Shown here one piece after another: positions 1 to 7,407 of a stretch of 24,000 nt of DNA. The first letter of the stretch is position 1. The number at the start of each line of letters is the position of its first letter. A model generated the notes under the pieces. The model was not told the DNA's origin. It ran no database searches and worked only from the letters and a program-made list of their open reading frames with translations. The stretch spans positions 1-24,000 of the forward strand of contig NZ_FOQE01000011.1 of NCBI RefSeq assembly GCF_900113675.1. Direction: 5' to 3'. The position numbers were made by a program, and so were the translations under genes. Source of the DNA: Pisciglobus halotolerans. Its GTDB lineage: Bacteria > Bacillota > Bacilli > Lactobacillales > Carnobacteriaceae.

Positions 1-2
1 AT

Positions 3-116
3 CGCAGATATAACTCAAGATACAACAATATAGCGAAACAAAAGCATAACTTTAAACCGCCCAACCAAGTTGTAGAGGATTATTTTAGAATATTAGATAG
101 CGATTCGGCTGCATAA
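3..116 (+). CDS. Possible C-terminal fragment of an unidentified protein, truncated at the window edge
   Basis: Frame open from the left edge to TAA at 114-116: RRYNSRYNNIAKQKHNFKPPNQVVEDYFRILDSDSAA*. Too short to assign a family. Confidence 0.3.
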   Translation, partial: RRYNSRYNNIAKQKHNFKPPNQVVEDYFRILDSDSAA

Positions 117-137
117 AGGACTATATAAAAGGAAAAA

Positions 138-238
138 GATTTGACAACGAGCCTCCGTAAGGAGCGCACCTTGAATCACCTGCCAGGAGTAATGGCGGTG
201 CTGGACTATCTTAAGCTCCTTACGCTCATTGTCAAATC
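138..238. repeat. Long imperfect inverted repeat / structured element
   Basis: GATTTGACAACGAGCCTCCGTAAGGAGC (138-165) pairs with GCTCCTTACGCTCATTGTCAAATC (215-238). An inner pair GCACC (166-170) / GGTGC (197-201) and CACCTGCCA (177-185) / TGGCGGTG (193-200) suggests one extended folded structure. Confidence 0.55.
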
Positions 239-348
239 GTAGCACGTTTTAACCATACGTTAGCTGGAACAAAATTAAACAGGGTTCTATTCGTGTAACA
301 AATGTTTGTGGTTTCTAGAGTTTAATGCTGCTAGTTCTAACAACTATA

Positions 349-377
349 TTGAGTGGTTATCATCTTTATGTTAGAAT
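349..377 (+). promoter_or_regulatory. Candidate sigma-A promoter for the DUF1836-degV pair
   Basis: TTGAGT (349-354), 17-nt spacer, TAGAAT (372-377), upstream of the ATG at 410. Confidence 0.5.
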
Positions 378-409
378 GAGAATAAAGTTTAGGAAAGCGT
401 AGACAATAT

Positions 410-979
410 ATGAATAATCATAAAAGTGAATCATTAGAACGCTGGACAGAAGAAATCATGCAATATCATTTTCCGCGATGGGAAGATCTACCCGATATAG
501 ACTTATATATGGATCAAGTTTTAACATTGATCGATAAATATCTACATATTTTTCAAACGAATGAAGAAAAGAATATTCTTACTTCTTCTATGATCAATAA
601 TTACGTTAAACTCAAGATGATCCCAAAGCCCATTAAAAAACGCTATACAAAAAAGCATCTTGCTTATTTGATTGCCATTACTGTTTTAAAACAGGTTTTA
701 ACCATACCTGAAATAAAAAAAGGCATTCTTTTGCAAGCAAATGTCAATGGTATGCGAGAAGCCTACAATTTGTTTTGTACAGAACAAGAGTATGCATTAA
801 AAGCTATTGCCAGCACCATCTCAGAAGAAAAAAAATGGCCTTTGATCCAAGAGGATACAAACAAAGATAATCGGATTGTACGTAATGCCGCTTTAGCGGT
901 GGCAGCGAAAATCGTGACCGAAAAAATACTTTCCGTTATGCCTGTAGAAGAAAATGGAAAAGAAGAAAATCGGATTTAA
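410..979 (+). CDS. DUF1836 domain-containing protein
   Basis: 189-aa ORF. Sequence pattern (RYTKKHLAYLIAITVLKQVLTIPEIKKGI) resembles DUF1836 proteins, and the gene sits immediately upstream of a DegV gene. Confidence 0.75.
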   Translation: MNNHKSESLERWTEEIMQYHFPRWEDLPDIDLYMDQVLTLIDKYLHIFQTNEEKNILTSSMINNYVKLKMIPKPIKKRYTKKHLAYLIAITVLKQVLTIPEIKKGILLQANVNGMREAYNLFCTEQEYALKAIASTISEEKKWPLIQEDTNKDNRIVRNAALAVAAKIVTEKILSVMPVEENGKEENRI

Positions 980-993
980 CGGAGGAGAGAAAG

Positions 994-1881
994 TTGAACA
1001 AACAAAAAATTGCTTTTTTAGTTGATTCAGGTTCAGATGTACCAGAAGAAGTAATCAAAAAATATAATATGCATGTGATCCCCTTGAAAATTATTTTTAA
1101 AGATCAAGAATATATAGATAAAGTCGATATATCTGCTCAAGGAGTTTATGATCGGTTAGATGAAGAAATCCCAAAGACTTCTCTTCCTGATGGTGAAACT
1201 ATAAAAAATATGCTGTTGAAAATAAAGGAAGAAGGCTATGATAAAGTCATCGCTGTGACGATCTCCAGTGGGCTGAGCGGAACCAATAATATGGTACGCT
1301 TAATGTCAGAAGAGGTAGAAGATTTAGATGTCTTTGTCCTAGATACAAAAAATATCGGAATTGGAAGTGGCTTTTTGGCTATTCGTGCTGCTTCTTACAT
1401 TGAAAAAGGTTTTAACTGGGAAGAAATTCAAGAAAAATTGAAAAAAAGTGTCGAAAAGACGAAGGTTTTTTTCCATGTTCCTACGCTTGAATACCTGCAT
1501 AAAGGTGGGAGAATTGGTTTAGTGTCTTCTGTAGTCGGAAACATGTTGAACCTGAAACCTGTTATTTCATGTAATGAAGATGGGATCTATCATACGGTAG
1601 CTAAAGTACGTGGAAATAAAAAGAGTATACAAAAAACGATTGATCTTGCTGTAGCATTTGCAGGCGAAGCAAAAAAATATGATATTGCGTTAGCTTATGG
1701 AGGCAATGAAGCGGAAAAATCAATGAAATCAATACGAGAAGCTATCCAAGATAGATTACCAAAAATCCAACATATCTATGAAGGACCAATTAGTCCTGCT
1801 TTGGGTGTTCACACCGGTCCTGGCTTAATTGGGATTGGCGTTAGCATTCTTGATGACGAAGATGAAAAGAAAAGCGTTTAA
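994..1881 (+). CDS. DegV family fatty-acid-binding protein
   Basis: 295-aa ORF with DegV signatures: FLVDSGSDVPEE, ITISSGLSGT-like AVTISSGLSGTNN, LHKGGRIG, LKPVISCNEDG, HTGPGLIGIG. RBS AGGAGG lies upstream; the start is TTG. Confidence 0.93.
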   Translation: MNKQKIAFLVDSGSDVPEEVIKKYNMHVIPLKIIFKDQEYIDKVDISAQGVYDRLDEEIPKTSLPDGETIKNMLLKIKEEGYDKVIAVTISSGLSGTNNMVRLMSEEVEDLDVFVLDTKNIGIGSGFLAIRAASYIEKGFNWEEIQEKLKKSVEKTKVFFHVPTLEYLHKGGRIGLVSSVVGNMLNLKPVISCNEDGIYHTVAKVRGNKKSIQKTIDLAVAFAGEAKKYDIALAYGGNEAEKSMKSIREAIQDRLPKIQHIYEGPISPALGVHTGPGLIGIGVSILDDEDEKKSV

Positions 1882-2000
1882 TACATTTCAATTGTACAAT
1901 GATTAACGCTGATTAGTAAAAAGTCGCTTCTTTTTTATGCAAAAACGGATAGAAATACATTTATTTATCAATGTCAAAAGATGAAGAACCTACATTTCTT

Positions 2001-2032
2001 ATGAGTCGAATTGATTTTCGGCTCATTTTTTT
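2001..2032 (+). terminator. Rho-independent terminator downstream of degV
   Basis: GAGTCGAA-TTGA-TTTTCGGCTC hairpin followed by a T-run. Confidence 0.7.
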
Positions 2033-2034
2033 GT

Positions 2035-2171
2035 GGCTCTACAATATTTAACGTTAGTCAGTAAAATATCCATTTTGTTAATGCTAAACCCGTTAGAATC
2101 CTATTTATAGAAATTTCAGTAGCCCATCGATCAGAGGGAATTTCTTTATAAACATTAAAAGAGGAAGAACC
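2035..2171. repeat. MITE-like palindromic element, copy 1 (137 bp)
   Basis: GGCTCTACAATATTTAACGTTAGTC ... ATAAACATTAAAAGAGGAAGAACC. It is homologous along its length to 6048-6146 but carries about 38 extra bp (around AGAAATT ... AATTTCT). Confidence 0.7.
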
Positions 2172-2267
2172 TTTTTTGTGCGAATAAAGGGATATCTTGA
2201 TCAAACCAAAAAAACAGAATCATTCGGTTCGCAAGAGAGACATGAACTATCTCATGAAGAGAAAATT

Positions 2268-2276
2268 TGCTATAAT
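2268..2276 (+). promoter_or_regulatory. Extended -10 promoter element for recJ
   Basis: TGCTATAAT just upstream of the SD (GGGAG 2286-2290) and the TTG start at 2299. No good -35 seen. Confidence 0.45.
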
Positions 2277-2298
2277 AACAGAGTTGGGAGTGAAAAAG

Positions 2299-2581
2299 TT
2301 GATTAAATCTCATAAAGAATGGCATTCGGCCATGGAACAATATGACGAAGAAAAAATAACTCAATTGAGTCAGCAATTACAGTATTCTCCACTTTTTATT
2401 TCTCTTTGTCTGCAAAGAGGACTAGATTCGGAAGAGAAAATTAAGCAATTTGTTTGTCCTGATGATACAAAAACAATAAATGATCCTTTTTTGATGCATG
2501 ATATGCAGAATGCAGTAGAACGAATTCACCAAGCAATCGAAATGGGAGAAAGAGTGACAGTTTACGGAGATTATGACGCGG
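2299..2581 (+). CDS. recJ: RecJ ssDNA exonuclease, 5' exon (N-terminal part through GDYDA and the first base of the next Asp codon)
   Basis: The ORF track starts this frame at 2197, but TTG at 2299 has an SD (GGGAG), and LIKSHKEWHSAM... resembles RecJ N-termini. It reads through ...ERVTVYGDYDA at 2580; joined to 3360..5419 it gives GDYDADGVTSTAVLVETLEMMGAD. Confidence 0.85.
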
Positions 2582-3359
2582 GTGCGACACGTTCGCAAGT
2601 GAAAAGCTTGCGCACCTCTTTTTAAAAAAATAGGGAGAACTGATCAAGTAAAAGCTGGAATGATGGCGTAACGTCCTGAAACAGCTTCCCTGATCCTCCG
2701 ATATGCGATTGAAAGGTAAAATTCAAACGTATAAAGCTCGGTAAAGTCAGCTGAGAGAAGCCGTAAATAAAGAATACTTCTTTATACGAAAAAGATCTAG
2801 GTCTCGCTTCCTATAGGCTGGGGGTCTCATAAATTATCTAAGGCTAGTATGTTTCTTTGTAGAAACTGACGAATCTTTGAATGTACAGGTCGATAAGTAA
2901 AAGATGCAGAAATGCATGGTTGGGATCGATGAAAAAAGATCCTTTTGCACGTGGCGGAGTAAAATTGCGCGTTATGAAATGCCATATCGTTTCATGGGAG
3001 CGATCAAGTGCAACGGTCTATAGAAGAAGCCTAAGGATATATAGCAGTAGATAACTTGATTGGAACGTGGAAAGCTTGGAATGCAGATATCATTACCGAT
3101 AAATGAAGCAGTTTAGACGAAAAAACCAGTAGGGTACAATAAGCTAATTGATCCAAGTGAAAGTAGAGCCACAGTACCGTTGAAGCTGTGATAATAAACA
3201 GTGGAGGGATAGGCTCGAGTCGAACCTTGATTTTATTCGAGAAATAGCTCATTTAAAAGCAAATAGATTCGATAGAACGCCGTGTGAGATGAAAGTCTCC
3301 TGCACGGTGTGGAGCGGGGGAAAATCTGGAGATTATTTCAAAAGATTACCTATCGCTAT
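2582..3359 (+). mobile_element. ORF-less group II intron interrupting recJ (778 nt)
   Basis: 5' end GTGCG (2582). 34-nt domain V at 3277-3310, ACGCCGTGT-GAGAT-GAAA-GTCTC-CT-GCACGGTGT, fully paired with GAAA tetraloop and 2-nt bulge. Domain VI at about 3313-3359 with an unpaired A at 3352, 8 nt from the 3' end, ending AT. Exact removal restores the RecJ reading frame and motif. No maturase/RT ORF present. Confidence 0.93.
3277..3310 (+). ncRNA. Group II intron domain V (catalytic hairpin)
   Basis: 9-bp lower helix (with G.U), 2-nt CU bulge, 5-bp upper helix, GAAA tetraloop; CGC catalytic triad variant. Confidence 0.93.
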
Positions 3360-5419
3360 ACGGTGTAACAAGTACAGCTGTCTTAGTGGAGACACTAGAA
3401 ATGATGGGTGCAGACGTCCATTTTTACATTCCTAATCGTTTTACAGACGGTTATGGACCAAATATTGAAGCCTTCAAAAAAATCATTGAAGAAGGAACGA
3501 ATTTAATCGTGACTTGTGATAACGGGGTTTCTGGGCATGACGCCATTCAAGAGGCGACAAAAATGGGTGTAGAAGTTATTGTGACAGATCACCACGAAAT
3601 GCCCGAAGTTTTACCTGAAGCTTATGCTATTGTACATCCTCGTCATCCTGAAGGACAATATCCTTTTGGAGACCTAGCGGGAGTGGGGGTTGCTTTTAAA
3701 CTAGCAACAGCTTTGTTGGGAGAAGCCCCAATCGAATGTATGGATCTCGTTGCAATTGGTACGATTGCTGACCTCGTATCACTAAGAGAAGAAAACCGTG
3801 CTTTAGTGATTCACGGATTAGAAGTGTTAAGGAATACGGAACGTGTTGGTTTGGATGCTTTATATAAATCAGCAGGAGTCAAAAAGAACGAAATAGATGA
3901 AGGGTCTATTGGTTTTGCAGTTGCTCCTAGATTAAATGCTGTAGGTAGGCTGGGAGACGCTTCCCCAGCTGTTCAATTGTTAACCACTTTTGATCAGGCG
4001 AAAGCAGAACAAACAGCTCATCTCATCGAACAAAAAAATCACGACCGAAAAAAATATGTGAAAGAAATAACAGCTGAAGTTTTGGAAATGATCGAAAAAG
4101 GACCAGAAGAACAAGCAGTATATGTTTTAGCTAAGGAAAATTGGCATGAGGGCGTTTTAGGGATCGTAGCTAGTAAAGTAGTAGAAAAAACTGGAAAGCC
4201 GGCAATCATTTTAAACATCGATAAAGAAAAAGGAGTAGCTAAAGGGTCTGGAAGAAGTGTATCATCGCTTCATCTTTATCAAGCTTTAGACTCGATCCGT
4301 TCATTAATGGAAGCTTTTGGCGGACATCACATGGCGGCAGGGCTATCTATTCAACCTGAAAATATTGATCTCTTGCGACAACAGTTAAATGAATATGCTG
4401 CTTCCAATGGAATGGCAGATCAAAGGAAAGAAGAAGTAGAAATAACGGCTTTATTAAAACCAGAAGAATGTACGATTCAAACTGTTGAAGAAATCAAAAA
4501 ACTGGCTCCATTTGGAACGGATAATCCTTTTCCAAACTTTCTAATACAAGATGCAACAGTAAATGAAATAAGACAAATAGGTGCAGACCGAACGCATCTT
4601 AAGATGACACTGCAATATGGCGATAAGACATTAGACACCATTGGTTTTGGTTTTGGAAATTATGGAGAATGGATCAACCAAAATACAACCTTGTCTCTTA
4701 TAGGACAATTGACGATCAACGAGTGGAGAGGCGTTAAAAAGGTTCAAATAAGGTTGGAAGATCTGAAAGTTGAAGAGTTGCAGTATTTTGATTTCAGGGG
4801 AGGACACGTTCCAGACAACATTTGGAAACTATCGCACACTGGATATTTATTTTTTGATCCAACTATTGCTCAACAATTGGCTTTTAAAATTTCTTCAGAA
4901 AACAATATGTATCTTGTTGAGAAAAATAGTGATGTCGAAACCTTGCCAATAAATGAATTTGAACGTTTCGTATTGGTCGATTGTCCGCCAACGTTGGACC
5001 TTCTTCAACAAACATTGCAGAAAATCAATGCAAATAATATTCTCTATATTTTTCATTCGCAAAAAAATGCCTATTTAGAAGGAATACCCAGCAGAGAACA
5101 ATTTGCAACAGTCTATAAATTCTTGGCTTCTCATCGTAATATCGATGTACGTAATCAGCTGAAGTTACTGGCAAAAACATTAAAAGTGAAAGAAAAGCGT
5201 TTAATTTTTATTATTTCGGTGTTTTTTGAAGTGGGATTTGTTAAAATAGAAGACGGCATCTTAAACTATCGAAAGGATGCACCAAAAACAGATTTAACAA
5301 CATCACATACTTATCAAAAAAGACAGCTGCAGATCGAAACAGAAGAAGCACTGCTATTTAGTCATTCCTCTGATGTAGAAGGCTGGTTAGATCATCAGAT
5401 GAATGGTATGGAAAATTGA
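3360..5419 (+). CDS. recJ: RecJ ssDNA exonuclease, 3' exon (rest of DHH, DHHA1, OB and C-terminal regions)
   Basis: The 3386..5419 ORF extended upstream through ..cGGTGTAACAAGTACAGCTGTC (GVTSTAV). Contains DNGVSGHDAI, VTDHHEMPE, FAVAPRLNAVGRLG and GGHHMAAG motifs. Confidence 0.93.
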
Positions 5420-5437
5420 ACGGAGGAAAAAAACCAA

Positions 5438-5950
5438 ATGAATTTAAAAGATTATATCGCTGATGTGCCAGATTTTCCTGAGAAAGGGATCATTTTTCGT
5501 GATATTTCACCTTTGATGGCAGATGGCGAAGCCTATCAGCATGCGACGAATGAAATCGTTGCTTATGCTAAGGAAAAAGGGGCAGAAATGATCGTTGGCC
5601 CAGAAGCACGCGGTTTTATCGTTGGCTGTCCAGTGGCATATGAGATGGGGATCGGATTTGCTCCCGCACGAAAAAAAGGAAAACTTCCTCGTGAAACAGT
5701 TGAAGTAAACTATGGGTTAGAATATGGTAGTGACACTCTTCAGTTGCACAAAGATGCTATCAAAAAAGGGCAAAAAGTACTTGTCTGTGATGACCTATTA
5801 GCAACAGGCGGAACCATTGCTTCTACGATCAAACTTATTGAATCGTTAGGTGGAGAAGTAGTGGGGACAGCTTTTATTGTAGAATTAAAAGACTTGCATG
5901 GAAGAGATAAAATAGAAGGCTATGATATTTTAACTTTAGTTGAATATTAA
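5438..5950 (+). CDS. apt: Adenine phosphoribosyltransferase
   Basis: 170-aa ORF with [23 protein letters not shown] and [13 protein letters not shown] motifs; RBS GGAGG upstream. Confidence 0.97.
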   Translation: MNLKDYIADVPDFPEKGIIFRDISPLMADGEAYQHATNEIVAYAKEKGAEMIVGPEARGFIVGCPVAYEMGIGFAPARKKGKLPRETVEVNYGLEYGSDTLQLHKDAIKKGQKVLVCDDLLATGGTIASTIKLIESLGGEVVGTAFIVELKDLHGRDKIEGYDILTLVEY

Positions 5951-6047
5951 TTGAGTCATGCTTTAAAAGTGAAAATTTAATGCTTTAGGTTTTAAATGGT
6001 GGTTTGGTTAGGAGATAAGTTGGATCGAATCGCAAACAGATAAAAAA

Positions 6048-6146
6048 GGTTCTACAATATTTAACGTTGGTCTGTAAAAAATCATTTTTTTAATGCTAAG
6101 CTCGTTAGAAAACTATTTCTTTACCAACGTTAAAATAGGAAGAACC
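6048..6146. repeat. MITE-like palindromic element, copy 2 (99 bp)
   Basis: Terminal inverted repeats GGTTCTACAATATTTAACGTTGGT and ACCAACGTTAAAATAGGAAGAACC. Sequence shared with 2035-2171. Confidence 0.75.
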
Positions 6147-6160
6147 TAAAAAAACATACA

Positions 6161-6198
6161 AAAAGGAACTGGTTTTGAATATAACCAGTTCCTTTTTG
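6161..6198. terminator. Bidirectional-looking terminator between apt and lexA
   Basis: AAAGGAACTGGTT ... AACCAGTTCCTTTTT hairpin with A-run and T-run flanks. Confidence 0.8.
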
Positions 6199-6214
6199 TA
6201 TGTAACTGAAAAGA

Positions 6215-6847
6215 TCAAAAAATATGACTGCGATATAAACCGACAACTTTTCCTAAAATGGAAACTGTATCTAGGAGAATAGGTTCTAGAGCATCGTTTT
6301 CAGGCTGCAGACGAAAATAATTTTTTTCTTTATAGAATCGTTTACAGGTTGCTTCATTTTCAGCAGTCATGGCGATAACGATATCCCCGTTATTCGCACT
6401 TGATTGTTTTCGAACGATCACTTCATCGCCATCAAGAATGCCAGCATTGATCATACTTTCCCCACGAATCGTCAGCATAAAAAGACTTTCATTCTCATAC
6501 TCAAAATTTGGCGGAAGTGGAAAAAAGTCCGTTGCTTCTTCAACTGCCAAAATGGGTTCTCCAGCTGTTACCGTACCTAATAAAGGAATTTTGTCTAAGC
6601 CGATTCCTAACTTTTGCAATCCTGCTGTTGTAAGTTCAATTGTTCTCGGCTTGCTTGGGTCTCGACGAATAAAACCATTCTTCTCCAGTCTTGATAAGTG
6701 ACCATGTACAGTGGAAGTAGATGAAAGAGAAACTGCTTCACCGATCTCACGTACAGTTGGAGGGAAGCCATTTTCTTTGACACGGTCATAAATACACTGC
6801 AAAACTTGAATTTGTCTTGATTCATGAACCTTTTTCATAAAGGACAC
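6215..6847 (-). CDS. lexA: LexA transcriptional repressor
   Basis: 210-aa ORF with N-terminal wHTH ([33 protein letters not shown]) and S24 peptidase motifs ([21 protein letters not shown]). Confidence 0.97.
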   Translation of the reverse strand: MSFMKKVHESRQIQVLQCIYDRVKENGFPPTVREIGEAVSLSSTSTVHGHLSRLEKNGFIRRDPSKPRTIELTTAGLQKLGIGLDKIPLLGTVTAGEPILAVEEATDFFPLPPNFEYENESLFMLTIRGESMINAGILDGDEVIVRKQSSANNGDIVIAMTAENEATCKRFYKEKNYFRLQPENDALEPILLDTVSILGKVVGLYRSHIF

Positions 6848-6911
6848 CTCTTAAATTATTGTTTTTTAACTCATTAAAAACAAATGCTTAGTAAATACTT
6901 TCTACACCTAA

Positions 6912-6951
6912 AGAATAGCATAAAAATAAAATGAATTCAAACAAACGTTCG
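6912..6951 (-). promoter_or_regulatory. lexA promoter with SOS/LexA box
   Basis: On the minus strand CGAACGTTTGTTTG (6938-6951) matches the Gram-positive CGAAC-N4-GTTCG-type box and overlaps -35 TTGAAT (6935-6940). The -10 TATTCT (6912-6917) follows a 17-nt spacer. Confidence 0.75.
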
Positions 6952-7070
6952 CATTTTTTAGAAGTTTAGACTTAGAAAAATGGCTCAAAGATGTGCAAGA
7001 GAATAGCTTATCTATTTTTTTTCTTTCATTTTTGGTATATTAAGAGTGCAATCAAGAAAGGGTGAGATAC

Positions 7071-7310
7071 ATGCTATCAAAAGATAAAATTGAACGCATC
7101 AATGCTTTGGCTAAAAAATCAAAAGCTGAAGGATTGACGATGAGCGAACAAAAAGAACAAAAAGAATTAAGAGAAGCTTATTTAGCCGCTTTTCGAGGTG
7201 GAATGCGCAATCATATTGAGGGAATGAAAGTTGTAGATGAAGAAGGTAATGATGTAACACCAGAAAAATTGAAAAATATCCAAAAAGAAAAAGGACTTCA
7301 TGGTCGCTAA
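7071..7310 (+). CDS. DUF896 / YnzC-like small protein
   Basis: [64 protein letters not shown]. The ORF track begins at 7062 (GTG), but ATG 7071 is better spaced from AAAGGG. Confidence 0.9.
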   Translation: MLSKDKIERINALAKKSKAEGLTMSEQKEQKELREAYLAAFRGGMRNHIEGMKVVDEEGNDVTPEKLKNIQKEKGLHGR

Positions 7311-7407
7311 GTTATGAATAAATAAGGGATACTTTTTGTGAAAAAAATGATATGATAGAGTGGTAATGAAAGCAGTTTATACGCTGATAAATGAAAGGAT
7401 GATTTAT

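Noticed and set aside
3031-3252. 73-aa minus-strand ORF inside the intron
   Set aside because: No recognisable RT/maturase or other motif; it lies across structured ribozyme sequence on the antisense strand.
2582-3359. recJ as a frameshifted pseudogene
   Set aside because: Exact intron removal restores the full motif and frame, and the insert has all terminal and domain V/VI hallmarks of a group II intron.
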